Positions 14,823 through 23,129 of a stretch of DNA of 32,000 bases are shown here, in pieces (position 1 is the first letter of the stretch; each line of letters begins with the position of its first letter). The DNA lies in the NCBI RefSeq assembly GCF_000284455.1, contig NC_017039.1:1830001-1862000 (forward strand), in the 5' to 3' direction. The notes beneath the pieces were generated by a model. It worked only from the letters and a program-made list of their open reading frames with translations, was not told the origin of the DNA and did no database searches. Origin of the DNA: Synechocystis sp. PCC 6803 substr. PCC-P (GTDB taxonomy: Bacteria > Cyanobacteriota > Cyanobacteriia > Cyanobacteriales > Microcystaceae). The translations under genes were made by a program, and so were the position numbers.

Positions 14823-15893
14823 CTACAGCAAATTTTCGTACTCCGGTTGAGATTGTAGTTGTTTAAGCAAATCCTTGATGTCCTGGGTATGGTCTTTGGG
14901 CACCACCAGGGTGACATTGCCTTCCCGCACAATTACCACGTCTTTCAAGCCAATGGTGGCAATTATCTGGTTCTCATCACTGGCGTAAACAATACAGCCC
15001 CGGCTATGCAAGTTGACATGGTTAGCCAAATCCACATTGGCTTCTGTTTCGGGAAAAAGTCGCTCCAAGGCATTCCAATCCCCCAAATCATCCCAACCAA
15101 AATTGGCCGGTAGAACGGCGGCTAATTGGGTTTTTTCCATCAATACATAGTCAATGCTTTTCTTTTCTAAAGCTGGGTAACCGGCTGCTCCCTTAGCCCT
15201 TAAAGTAGCTAATAATTCGGGGGCGTGCCGGTCTAATTCCCTTAGTACCACCCCGGCTCGGAAAATGAACATGCCACTATTCCAACTAAACTTACCGCTG
15301 TCCACAAAGGTTTGGGCCGTGGCTCGGTCGGGCTTTTCGGTAAAGCGGGTCACTTGATACACCGGTAAACCATCTATTTCCCGTTCCAATGTGCCCTGCT
15401 CGATGTAGCCATAACCAGTAGCGGGGCCATGGGGTTTAATCCCAAGGGTGACAATGGCGTCCTGTTCCTGGGCATAGGCGATCGCCGCTTTCAAAGTTTG
15501 CTCGTAGGCGCATTGGTCTTTAATCCAGTGGTCAGCGGGAAAAAAACCAATAATGGCATCGTCTCCATACTGTTGGGCGATTTCTAGGCTAGCCCAGGCC
15601 ACCGCAGGGGCCGTATCTTTTCCCTCTGGCTCCACTAGGCAATTTTCCTTGGGCAATGAAGGCAATTGCTCGAAAACACCTTCTGCAATGGGGGCCGCCG
15701 TAATCACCCACAAATTTTCCCAGTCCCCAGCCAAGGATAGTAGACGTTGGGCTGTGGCCTGCAATAGACTAACCCCGGAACCATCCAGGGACAAAAATTG
15801 TTTAGGTCGTTGCCTACGGCTTAGGGGCCAAAATCTTTCTCCTTTACCACCGGCAAGAATTACGGGAATGAAAACGGGGGATGATGTATTCAT
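14823..15893 (-). CDS. Mannose-1-phosphate guanylyltransferase (GDP-mannose pyrophosphorylase)
   Basis: The track ORF starts at a GTG (15926). The first ATG (15893) gives MNTSSPVFIPVILAGGKGERFWPLSR, the nucleotidyltransferase G-G-x-G-x-R-x-x-P-L-S motif. The remainder is ManC/CpsB-like without a C-terminal isomerase domain. Confidence 0.88.
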   Translation of the reverse strand: MNTSSPVFIPVILAGGKGERFWPLSRRQRPKQFLSLDGSGVSLLQATAQRLLSLAGDWENLWVITAAPIAEGVFEQLPSLPKENCLVEPEGKDTAPAVAWASLEIAQQYGDDAIIGFFPADHWIKDQCAYEQTLKAAIAYAQEQDAIVTLGIKPHGPATGYGYIEQGTLEREIDGLPVYQVTRFTEKPDRATAQTFVDSGKFSWNSGMFIFRAGVVLRELDRHAPELLATLRAKGAAGYPALEKKSIDYVLMEKTQLAAVLPANFGWDDLGDWNALERLFPETEANVDLANHVNLHSRGCIVYASDENQIIATIGLKDVVIVREGNVTLVVPKDHTQDIKDLLKQLQSQPEYENLL

Positions 15894-15976
15894 AGGGGGC
15901 AAAATTGACTGGCCAGGGATTTCCACCGCCTAGGATACAACGACAGGAATCCCAGGGGTCTGAAAATTCTTAATAA

Positions 15977-17269
15977 TCAAGATTCAGACGGTGGGGGAGT
16001 TAGGTTACGGGCCGGATCGCCTAATAAAACCTTATCCATGGGGCCAGCATTTAAATTTTCCGGTAACACCTGCCAATGTTCGGCGATTTGTTGTAACAGT
16101 CGGTCCTGCTCGACTCGCAGACGATCAAAATTGGGGCCATTATTGATGATGGCAAACCAAACAGTGCCCCGCTCCTGGGTAGGAATAGTACCCGCTAGGG
16201 CACTGACCGTATTTAATGTGCCAGTTTTTATCGTTAATCCCTGGGGCATACTGCGCCATTCCAATGTTCCCCGGCGATCGCGCCCCATGACGGGAAAAAT
16301 ATCGTCAATGCCTAGGCCATGGGGTTCCAGTTGCGCCGCTAAAACTTGATACATTTTGGTCACGGCCCTGGGGGAAAGCCGATTGTCCACCCCTAGGCCG
16401 GAGCCATTTTTTAGTTGAATTTCCGCCGCTGGAATTGCCCCCAAGCGCGAGGTGGTTTGGGCCACGATCGCCGCTCCGCCTATGGCCTGGGCCAACATCT
16501 CGGCCATATCGTTATTGCTGTAGATGTTCATCTGTTTGAGCAAGGCCGCTAGGGGAAGGGATTGATGCTCTAGTAACGGTTCTAAGTTGGCGGGTAAAAC
16601 AGCCTGGGTCTGGACAGCGCCAGCAATTTTTACTTGGGGCCGGGGAGTATTGGGAGGTAAATCCCCGAAGGCTTGGCTCACTGTGGCCGACCATTGGCTT
16701 TCATCCACGGCTTGTTGAAATAAAGCTCCGGCAATGGCAGGGTTGGCCTCAAAGTTCATAGCAAAATTGCCCACCGCCACCAAATCTCCGGTTACTTCCC
16801 GAATGCCTGCTTGGTTCAGGGCATTGCCCACGGCGATCGCCTCTTCCCAGACAAAGAGGGGATCATGGTCCCCAGCGACGAATAAATTCCCCTCTAAAAC
16901 CCCGTTATGGATGGGGCCATCGGTGTAAAAACGGGTGATAAAACGATGGTTGGGTGCCCATTTATCCAACGCCGCCACACTGGTGGCAATTTTGGTCAAA
17001 GAAGCCGCTGGAAAAGCACTTTCTCCCTGGTTGTAGCCCAAATAGGCCCATTCTGACTGTAACCAAATGCCCTGGCGCTGGCGATCGTAGCCCAAGGATT
17101 CCAGGCGATCGAGGTAATTATCTACAATTTTGTCGATGGCCGGATCCGCTTGGGTGGGTACAGCAAAAACCTTCGCTTCCTGCCAGGCCACTTCCTGGCC
17201 AACTAAGGGTTCCCCCGCGCCCCCCCAACTGAGCAGGGCCAACACCGTCGCCCCAAAGATTCTCACCAT
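15977..17269 (-). CDS. dacB: D-alanyl-D-alanine carboxypeptidase/endopeptidase, PBP4 (peptidase S13) family
   Basis: 430 aa with a signal-peptide-like N-terminus. The three penicillin-binding motifs appear in order: SLTK (SxxK), YSNND (SxN) and KTGTL (KTG). Confidence 0.85.
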   Translation of the reverse strand: MVRIFGATVLALLSWGGAGEPLVGQEVAWQEAKVFAVPTQADPAIDKIVDNYLDRLESLGYDRQRQGIWLQSEWAYLGYNQGESAFPAASLTKIATSVAALDKWAPNHRFITRFYTDGPIHNGVLEGNLFVAGDHDPLFVWEEAIAVGNALNQAGIREVTGDLVAVGNFAMNFEANPAIAGALFQQAVDESQWSATVSQAFGDLPPNTPRPQVKIAGAVQTQAVLPANLEPLLEHQSLPLAALLKQMNIYSNNDMAEMLAQAIGGAAIVAQTTSRLGAIPAAEIQLKNGSGLGVDNRLSPRAVTKMYQVLAAQLEPHGLGIDDIFPVMGRDRRGTLEWRSMPQGLTIKTGTLNTVSALAGTIPTQERGTVWFAIINNGPNFDRLRVEQDRLLQQIAEHWQVLPENLNAGPMDKVLLGDPARNLTPPPSES

Positions 17270-17328
17270 AACTTAGCTTTTTCCTCCCACCAATTATCCA
17301 AGCGGCTTTGAAAAACCTTGGGTGGCCC

Positions 17329-17730
17329 CTAGGCTTTGACCAGAATGTTGTTGCCGCTCACCTGGGTAGCATAGGTAGGTAAATCCCTGATGGCGGGCCC
17401 CTTCAGCACCTTGCCGGTGGCCGCAAATTCCGCTCCGTGGCAGGGACAGACAAATTTACCATTGGCTTTTTTCCAATTCACCTGACAGCCGTTGTGGGTA
17501 CAAGTGGGATTAACCGCACTAATCTGGCCACTATTACCATTGGGTACTACCGTCACCGGCCCCTTGGGAGTGTTCCCCTTCAACTCTCCCTTGGCCTTGA
17601 GGTCCGCCATGGTACCAACATTTACCGTTTGTCCTTGGCCGTTACTACTATTACCACCAAAACAACCAGTGATGACAGCGATCGCCGTACTGAAAGCAGT
17701 GTAAGAAATTAGCTTGCGTCGTTTGACCAT
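17329..17730 (-). CDS. petC3: Small Rieske [2Fe-2S] protein with Tat-like lipoprotein signal (PetC3-type)
   Basis: 133 aa. Rieske boxes CTHNGC and CPCHGAEF are present. The N-terminus MVKRRKLISYTAFSTAIAVITGC carries a twin-Arg followed by a lipobox-like ITGC. Size and neighbourhood fit sll1182 (from memory). Confidence 0.85.
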   Translation of the reverse strand: MVKRRKLISYTAFSTAIAVITGCFGGNSSNGQGQTVNVGTMADLKAKGELKGNTPKGPVTVVPNGNSGQISAVNPTCTHNGCQVNWKKANGKFVCPCHGAEFAATGKVLKGPAIRDLPTYATQVSGNNILVKA

Positions 17731-17826
17731 GGTGGTAGATAAAAAGAACTGCCCCCAGTTTAGCCAAAGTTTCGATGCGGTGGCAGTTGGAAGCAGTCTG
17801 ATTTTGAGGCAATAAAAGCAAGAACA

Positions 17827-19578
17827 CTAACGAACAGTTTCTAAGCTCTCAATTTTCTTGGTAAACAGCTCTGTGAAGATGCTCATCACCGTGCGTTTTT
17901 CACGGACACGGATGTTAGCTGTGACGGACATGCCCGATTGGAGGGGAATCTCCCGCCCATGACTAACTAATTCCTGGCTATCTAGCTTGATCCTGACGGG
18001 GAATCGATAAAATTGATAGGTTTGATCGGGGGGCAGGGCATCGGAGCCGACGTATTCCACTTCCCCATCGACTCCACCAAACTCACTGTAGGGGAAGGAA
18101 TCAATCCGTACGTCAACGGGCATACCAGTGCGCACGAAACCGATATCTTTATTTGTCACATCCACCTCGGCTACTAAGCTATCGGCGGGAATAATTTTGA
18201 GCAGAGGTTCAGTTTGGTTGGGGGGGGTAACGTAACCAGGGGTGGCCTTGAGGTCAAATACAACCCCATCCACCGGGGAAGTGATTTCTTGATAACCAAG
18301 GTTTACCTTTGCCCGTTCAATCTGTCCGTTTAATTCGGTCAGCCGTTTGTCGTTATCAACGATGATTTTGGTGATCTGACTATCAATTTCTGCCAGCCGC
18401 TTATTGTTGTCTGCAAGGCGATCATAGATGTCCTTATCAGTTACGGCGCTGGTGTTGGCCAGGCGGGCTTGGGCTTGGGAAATTAAAGACTGAAGGCGTG
18501 ATTGCTCCGTTTCTAAGCGCTGGATTTCTGCTTGGCGGGACTCAATTTGTTGTTTTTGGCGGTCTACTTCCACCACCGTGTTAACTTTTTGCTCGATTAA
18601 CTGCTGAGTCCTGTCATTGAGGGATTGTTGCTGTTTTTCTACCTGTAACCGTGCCAGGGCTCCCTCCTCTAGCAAGGGGGTCATACTATTAACGATGCCT
18701 GCTTCAATCGCTAAGCTTTTCTCTGCCTCCACGAGGGCCGCTTCGTTGCGCCCCAATAGCCCAGCCAAGATTTTCTGGTCTTCCTGGAGCTGACTCCTTT
18801 CCGCCCTCAATTGTAGGCTGGCCTGCTGTAATTGTTTTTCAATTTGGCGAATCTCCAATTCAGCAGCGGTCACACGACTGCCTAATTCAAAGCGGGCCAT
18901 TTCCAGTCGGGAAAGTTGTTCGGCACTGAGTTGGCCTTCACCACTGGCGTTTCTTAACCCCAATTGCTGACGATAAAGTTTATTTTCATTAATCAATTCA
19001 GCCCGGTTATTGGCCAAAGCCACTACTTCCCAGGGTAAGTTGAGCTGGCTGATCGCCCTCTGTAGGGTACTGCCCTCCAAACCGTTTTGCAGTAGGGTGC
19101 GATAGAAAGCATTTTCCTGGAGAACCTTAGAGCGAATATTTTGGGCGGCGGTCAATTCTGCCCGGGTACTGCTGGAATCCATGATTACCAGCACTTCACC
19201 TTTTTTGACCTTGCGGTTGTTTTCGACTAAAACTTCCTTAACCACCCCATTGAGGGGAGCATTGATGTCCTTAACTGTATCGAGGGGTTTCAGTTGTCCG
19301 GTGGCGGGGACCACCTGTTCAATGGTAGCGATGGAAGCCCAGGTCACAGCCACCACAGTCACCCCCATAATCGCAATGGCAATACCCCGGGCCCACATGG
19401 GGGACTGACGCATGACAATGGCTTGTTCCGGTTGGAATAGGGATGAGTTGGATGAGAGAGCAACGGGAGTTTTGGCAGCCTTTTCCTGTTCTTTTACGTC
19501 GGCCAAGGTGCCCGCATCCATGGTTTTGGAGCTGTGGCCGTTCCTTTGGGGAGCATGTTCCTGGGTGGGGCTATTCAT
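17827..19578 (-). CDS. HlyD-family type I secretion membrane fusion protein
   Basis: The track ORF starts at a TTG (19599). The first ATG (19578) gives a 583-aa protein. It has one TM helix (WARGIAIAIMGVTVVAVTW), a long Gln/Glu/Leu-rich coiled coil, and a C-terminal beta-barrel region (GMPVDVRIDSFPY...GMSVTANI). Probably sll1181. Confidence 0.85.
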   Translation of the reverse strand: MNSPTQEHAPQRNGHSSKTMDAGTLADVKEQEKAAKTPVALSSNSSLFQPEQAIVMRQSPMWARGIAIAIMGVTVVAVTWASIATIEQVVPATGQLKPLDTVKDINAPLNGVVKEVLVENNRKVKKGEVLVIMDSSSTRAELTAAQNIRSKVLQENAFYRTLLQNGLEGSTLQRAISQLNLPWEVVALANNRAELINENKLYRQQLGLRNASGEGQLSAEQLSRLEMARFELGSRVTAAELEIRQIEKQLQQASLQLRAERSQLQEDQKILAGLLGRNEAALVEAEKSLAIEAGIVNSMTPLLEEGALARLQVEKQQQSLNDRTQQLIEQKVNTVVEVDRQKQQIESRQAEIQRLETEQSRLQSLISQAQARLANTSAVTDKDIYDRLADNNKRLAEIDSQITKIIVDNDKRLTELNGQIERAKVNLGYQEITSPVDGVVFDLKATPGYVTPPNQTEPLLKIIPADSLVAEVDVTNKDIGFVRTGMPVDVRIDSFPYSEFGGVDGEVEYVGSDALPPDQTYQFYRFPVRIKLDSQELVSHGREIPLQSGMSVTANIRVREKRTVMSIFTELFTKKIESLETVR

Positions 19579-19734
19579 AATTCTGGGGGCGATCGCCAAA
19601 GATGATGGACAAAGAGTTGATTGGGCGAGGAAATTATTTAGGCTAATGGTAATGGTATAGACAAAGTTTTAAAACCCATGGGGGCACACTGTCTGGCTAG
19701 TTGATAAAAATTCACACAGTTTTAGGTGAGGGCA

Positions 19735-22700
19735 CTAAACATCGTCACCGCCGGCGCCCTGTTGTTGGTAAAGGTAATAGTAACGTCCCTTGAGGGCCAT
19801 TAATTCGTCATGGCTACCCTGCTCAACAACGGAACCTTGGTCCATCATAACGATTACGTCGGCGCTCCGGACAGAGCTAAGGCGGTGGGTGATGAAGAAG
19901 ACGGTGTGATCCTTGAAGGCATCCCCAAGGTTGATACATACTTGTTGTTCGGTTATGTAATCCAGGGCGCTGGTGGCCTCGTCCAACACCAAAATGCGTG
20001 GCCGCTGTAACACCGATCTGGCAATCGCAATTCGTTGCCGTTGTCCCCCGGAGAGAGTAGCTCCCCGTTCCCCTACCCTGGTGTTGTAACCGTTGGGCAA
20101 GGTCATAATGAATTCGTGGGCAGAGGCAACTTTAGCCGCCGAGATAATTTGTTCCGTGGTCGCGTCTGGGTTAGTCAGGGCAATATTTTCTTGCACTGTG
20201 CCTTCAAACAGGAGGGTTTCCTGGGGGACTACCCCCACCTGACGACGGAGGGAATAGAGTTCCACTTTGCCAATATCAAGGCCATCGACCAAAATCCGCC
20301 CCCCTTCGGGTTCATACAGTCGGGAAAGCAGTTTGGTCAGGGTACTTTTACCAGCACCACTCTGCCCAACCAAAGCCACAAAGGTGCCCGGGGGGAAGGA
20401 CAGGTTAATGTTGTTCAACTGTAATGGCCCCTGTTTTTTAAACCGGAAACTGACGTTTTCAAACTTCACTTCGCCGGCAATTTCGGGCATGGGAATGTTT
20501 TGGCGATCGCGCTCCGATTCCTGGGGCGTATCAACAATGTCCGCCAACCGTTCCAGGGACAGGGCGGTTTCCTGGAAGTTCTGCCAGAGTTGGGTCAAAC
20601 GCAGAATAGGGGAGGTAACGTAGCCGGCAATGATCCGAAAAGCGATTAACTGACCCAGGGTTAAATCCCCATCCAACACCAGGGATGCCCCCACCCAAAG
20701 TACGAGTAAACCGGATAACTGGTTGAGAAAATGACTGGAGGAGCTAGCTAGGGTAGAGGTAATGACAGTGTTGAAACCGGCCCCCACATAACGGGAATAT
20801 TTGTCCTGCCATTGCCAGCGGGAGCGCAACTCGATGTTTTGGGCTTTAACGGTCTGAATCCCTGACATTACCTCCACTAGATAGGACTGGGTTTGGGCGT
20901 TTCTTTCCGCTTTGAGCCGTAACTGCCTACGAATAAGGGGGGAAAATACCAGAGTCAAAATAACAAAAATGGGCACAATTCCCAGGGCCACCGCCGTCAG
21001 CAGAGGGCTGTAGATAATCATCACGACGATGTAGACCACAGAAAAAACGGAGTCCAACACCACCGTCAGGGCCGTACCTGTTAAAAATTGCCGAATATTT
21101 TCCAGTTCGTTAACCCTGGTGGAAATTTCCCCCACTGGGCGGTTCTCAAAATAGCGCAGGGGTAACCGCAGTAGGTGGTCGATGATCTCCGACCCCAAAC
21201 TCATGTCGATGCGATTGGTGGTATCTACAAATAAGTAGGTTCGTAGGGTGCTTAAGAGGGCCTCAAAAATGGCGATCGACACCAACGCAATACCCAGCAC
21301 CTGCAGGGTATCTTTGCTGTTTTGCACAATCACCTTGTCGATGATGATTTGGATCATCAAGGGATTGGCCAGACCAAATAGTTGGACAAAGAAGGATGCC
21401 ACAAAGACCAGCAGGAGAATGTAGCGGTACTTCACCAACGCTGGCCAAAACCAACTCAAGCCGAACCGTTGCTGGGGCGTATCTTTGGAAGGGTACATCA
21501 TCAGCACTTCCCCTTGCCCCTCTTCTCCCCAGGTTTCAAGAAACTCACTGGTGTCGCGTTTGACTAGACCCAATTCCGGTACGGCAATTTTTACTTCCCG
21601 ATCGCCAGCTTCGTAGACCAGGGCAAGGCTATCTTGCCAGCGGATGAGAAAAGGGACCTGCATTTGCCCAAAAACTCCCTTGGGGATGCGGACCAACTGA
21701 CTGGTCAAACCCATCAACTCCACAATGGCACCGCAAATGGGCAAAGAAAGGGCTTCACTGCGCTTAATTTCTTCGGTGACAATCCTTTGGATGATGTCCC
21801 GACGGAAAGGCATACCGAAATATTGACTAATCATCTGGAAGCAGGCTACCCCGGCATCGGTGGGATTTTGCCCCCGCACAACGGGATAACTTTTGCGCCC
21901 AGATTTGACCACGGTGGGCTCTGGTAGCGGCTCTCCCAATTGGTTGGGGTCAGCATAGGGAATATCATCCCAGGGGGAATCTTCTGGAGCGAGGCGGGTC
22001 ACCGTGGCCAGGGGCACTTCTCCATGGCCGTTACCATTGCCATTGGTTTTCGATCCAGAACTTCCCGGGAAAAACCGGGGTAAAGGAGGTAGCCCAATCA
22101 AACGGACAAGGGTTTGGGCCTTGAGCACCAAGGCAGAGTCTGGATCAGGCAAAGCGCTACCCCGGGGACATTGCTCCAATTCACCACTACTCACCAACCA
22201 AAGTCTTTCGGGATCGGGCAAATCACTGGGCAAACTGTGGCTACCGGGTTGCAACTCGTAAACCTGACTCTGGGGCAACATTTCCAGGGTTAGCTGGCGC
22301 AAATCCACATTGCCTTGGGCGGTGCGTTGTAGCTGTTCCCCTAATAAATCGAATAGTTCCACCCGACCGCATTGGTGGCGATAAACCCTGGCTAGTTCAG
22401 GATACTTATCTACCAAAGCTAAAAACTCGTCCCTAGTGAGGCTGGCGCAAATAGTTTCCGTAGAGGCGATCGCCGTTTCACAGGGGACATTTCTGATGGC
22501 GTTGTTATCCCCAATCACTGCCCCATTCTGGAGCAAAGCCATGGTGGCGGGGTAACCAGTGCCGGGGTCGTAACCGAGTAGTCTTGCTTGCCCACTGACT
22601 AAGAAATAAACATTATTGGCCAACTTTCCCCGGGCAAGAATTATCTGTCCCATGCGAAACCTTAGCGGCCTCAGTTTTGCCGCTATCTCGGCGATCGCCG

Positions 22701-22770
22701 GGGCAGGAAGTTGAGCAAAGGGTTCAATTTCCCGCAAGAAGGATTGATAATCGGCAATGGTCAGACTCAT
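19735..22770 (-). CDS. HlyB-type type I secretion ABC exporter with an N-terminal cNMP-binding-like domain and a C39-like domain
   Basis: 1011 aa. Residues about 1-140 look like a CAP-family beta-roll (RMGQIILARGKLANNVYFLVSGQARLLG...). An NGNGNGHG linker follows. The C39-like segment is NPTDAGVACFQMISQYFG. Next come 6 TM helices. The NBD has Walker A GQSGAGKST, signature LSGGQRQRIAIAR, Walker B ILVLDEATSALD and H-loop ITHRL. Probably sll1180. Confidence 0.9.
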   Translation of the reverse strand: MSLTIADYQSFLREIEPFAQLPAPAIAEIAAKLRPLRFRMGQIILARGKLANNVYFLVSGQARLLGYDPGTGYPATMALLQNGAVIGDNNAIRNVPCETAIASTETICASLTRDEFLALVDKYPELARVYRHQCGRVELFDLLGEQLQRTAQGNVDLRQLTLEMLPQSQVYELQPGSHSLPSDLPDPERLWLVSSGELEQCPRGSALPDPDSALVLKAQTLVRLIGLPPLPRFFPGSSGSKTNGNGNGHGEVPLATVTRLAPEDSPWDDIPYADPNQLGEPLPEPTVVKSGRKSYPVVRGQNPTDAGVACFQMISQYFGMPFRRDIIQRIVTEEIKRSEALSLPICGAIVELMGLTSQLVRIPKGVFGQMQVPFLIRWQDSLALVYEAGDREVKIAVPELGLVKRDTSEFLETWGEEGQGEVLMMYPSKDTPQQRFGLSWFWPALVKYRYILLLVFVASFFVQLFGLANPLMIQIIIDKVIVQNSKDTLQVLGIALVSIAIFEALLSTLRTYLFVDTTNRIDMSLGSEIIDHLLRLPLRYFENRPVGEISTRVNELENIRQFLTGTALTVVLDSVFSVVYIVVMIIYSPLLTAVALGIVPIFVILTLVFSPLIRRQLRLKAERNAQTQSYLVEVMSGIQTVKAQNIELRSRWQWQDKYSRYVGAGFNTVITSTLASSSSHFLNQLSGLLVLWVGASLVLDGDLTLGQLIAFRIIAGYVTSPILRLTQLWQNFQETALSLERLADIVDTPQESERDRQNIPMPEIAGEVKFENVSFRFKKQGPLQLNNINLSFPPGTFVALVGQSGAGKSTLTKLLSRLYEPEGGRILVDGLDIGKVELYSLRRQVGVVPQETLLFEGTVQENIALTNPDATTEQIISAAKVASAHEFIMTLPNGYNTRVGERGATLSGGQRQRIAIARSVLQRPRILVLDEATSALDYITEQQVCINLGDAFKDHTVFFITHRLSSVRSADVIVMMDQGSVVEQGSHDELMALKGRYYYLYQQQGAGGDDV

Positions 22771-23090
22771 AGCAACAGATAATTTAAAGACGGGAAAATT
22801 GATTTGGCAAATAGCTGCGCGACAACTAGCGACGGCTTTGGATATGTTGAAACATCTTCACCTTTCAACCAAGGTTTTAGACTACCGAAAAGCCAGGCAG
22901 TACCCCTAAGGGTCTCCACTTCCCCCCAGACATTACAACAGATCGGACTTTTTTCACCAGACCTAGTTCCAGATTCTCCTCCAAACAAGTTTGGCAAAAC
23001 ACCTGTTGTCCCACCGAAAAACTATTCCAAGTATAAGAAATTAGACCCATTGATTGACCCGGTTTCCCATCCAGGGGCCGATAAATATCG

Positions 23091-23096
23091 TACAAT
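23091..23096 (+). promoter_or_regulatory. Putative -10 box (TACAAT) for rpoC1
   Basis: TACAAT ends 33 nt upstream of the rpoC1 ATG. There is no good -35 at 17-bp spacing. The call is weak. Confidence 0.25.
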
Positions 23097-23129
23097 GAAG
23101 GGTCTGAAATTTTTTGTTCCTTGCCCAGC

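Noticed and set aside
20035-20623. 129-aa and 118-aa + strand ORFs antisense to the ABC exporter NBD
   Set aside because: They lie opposite the Walker A, signature and Walker B coding region. These are typical shadow ORFs.
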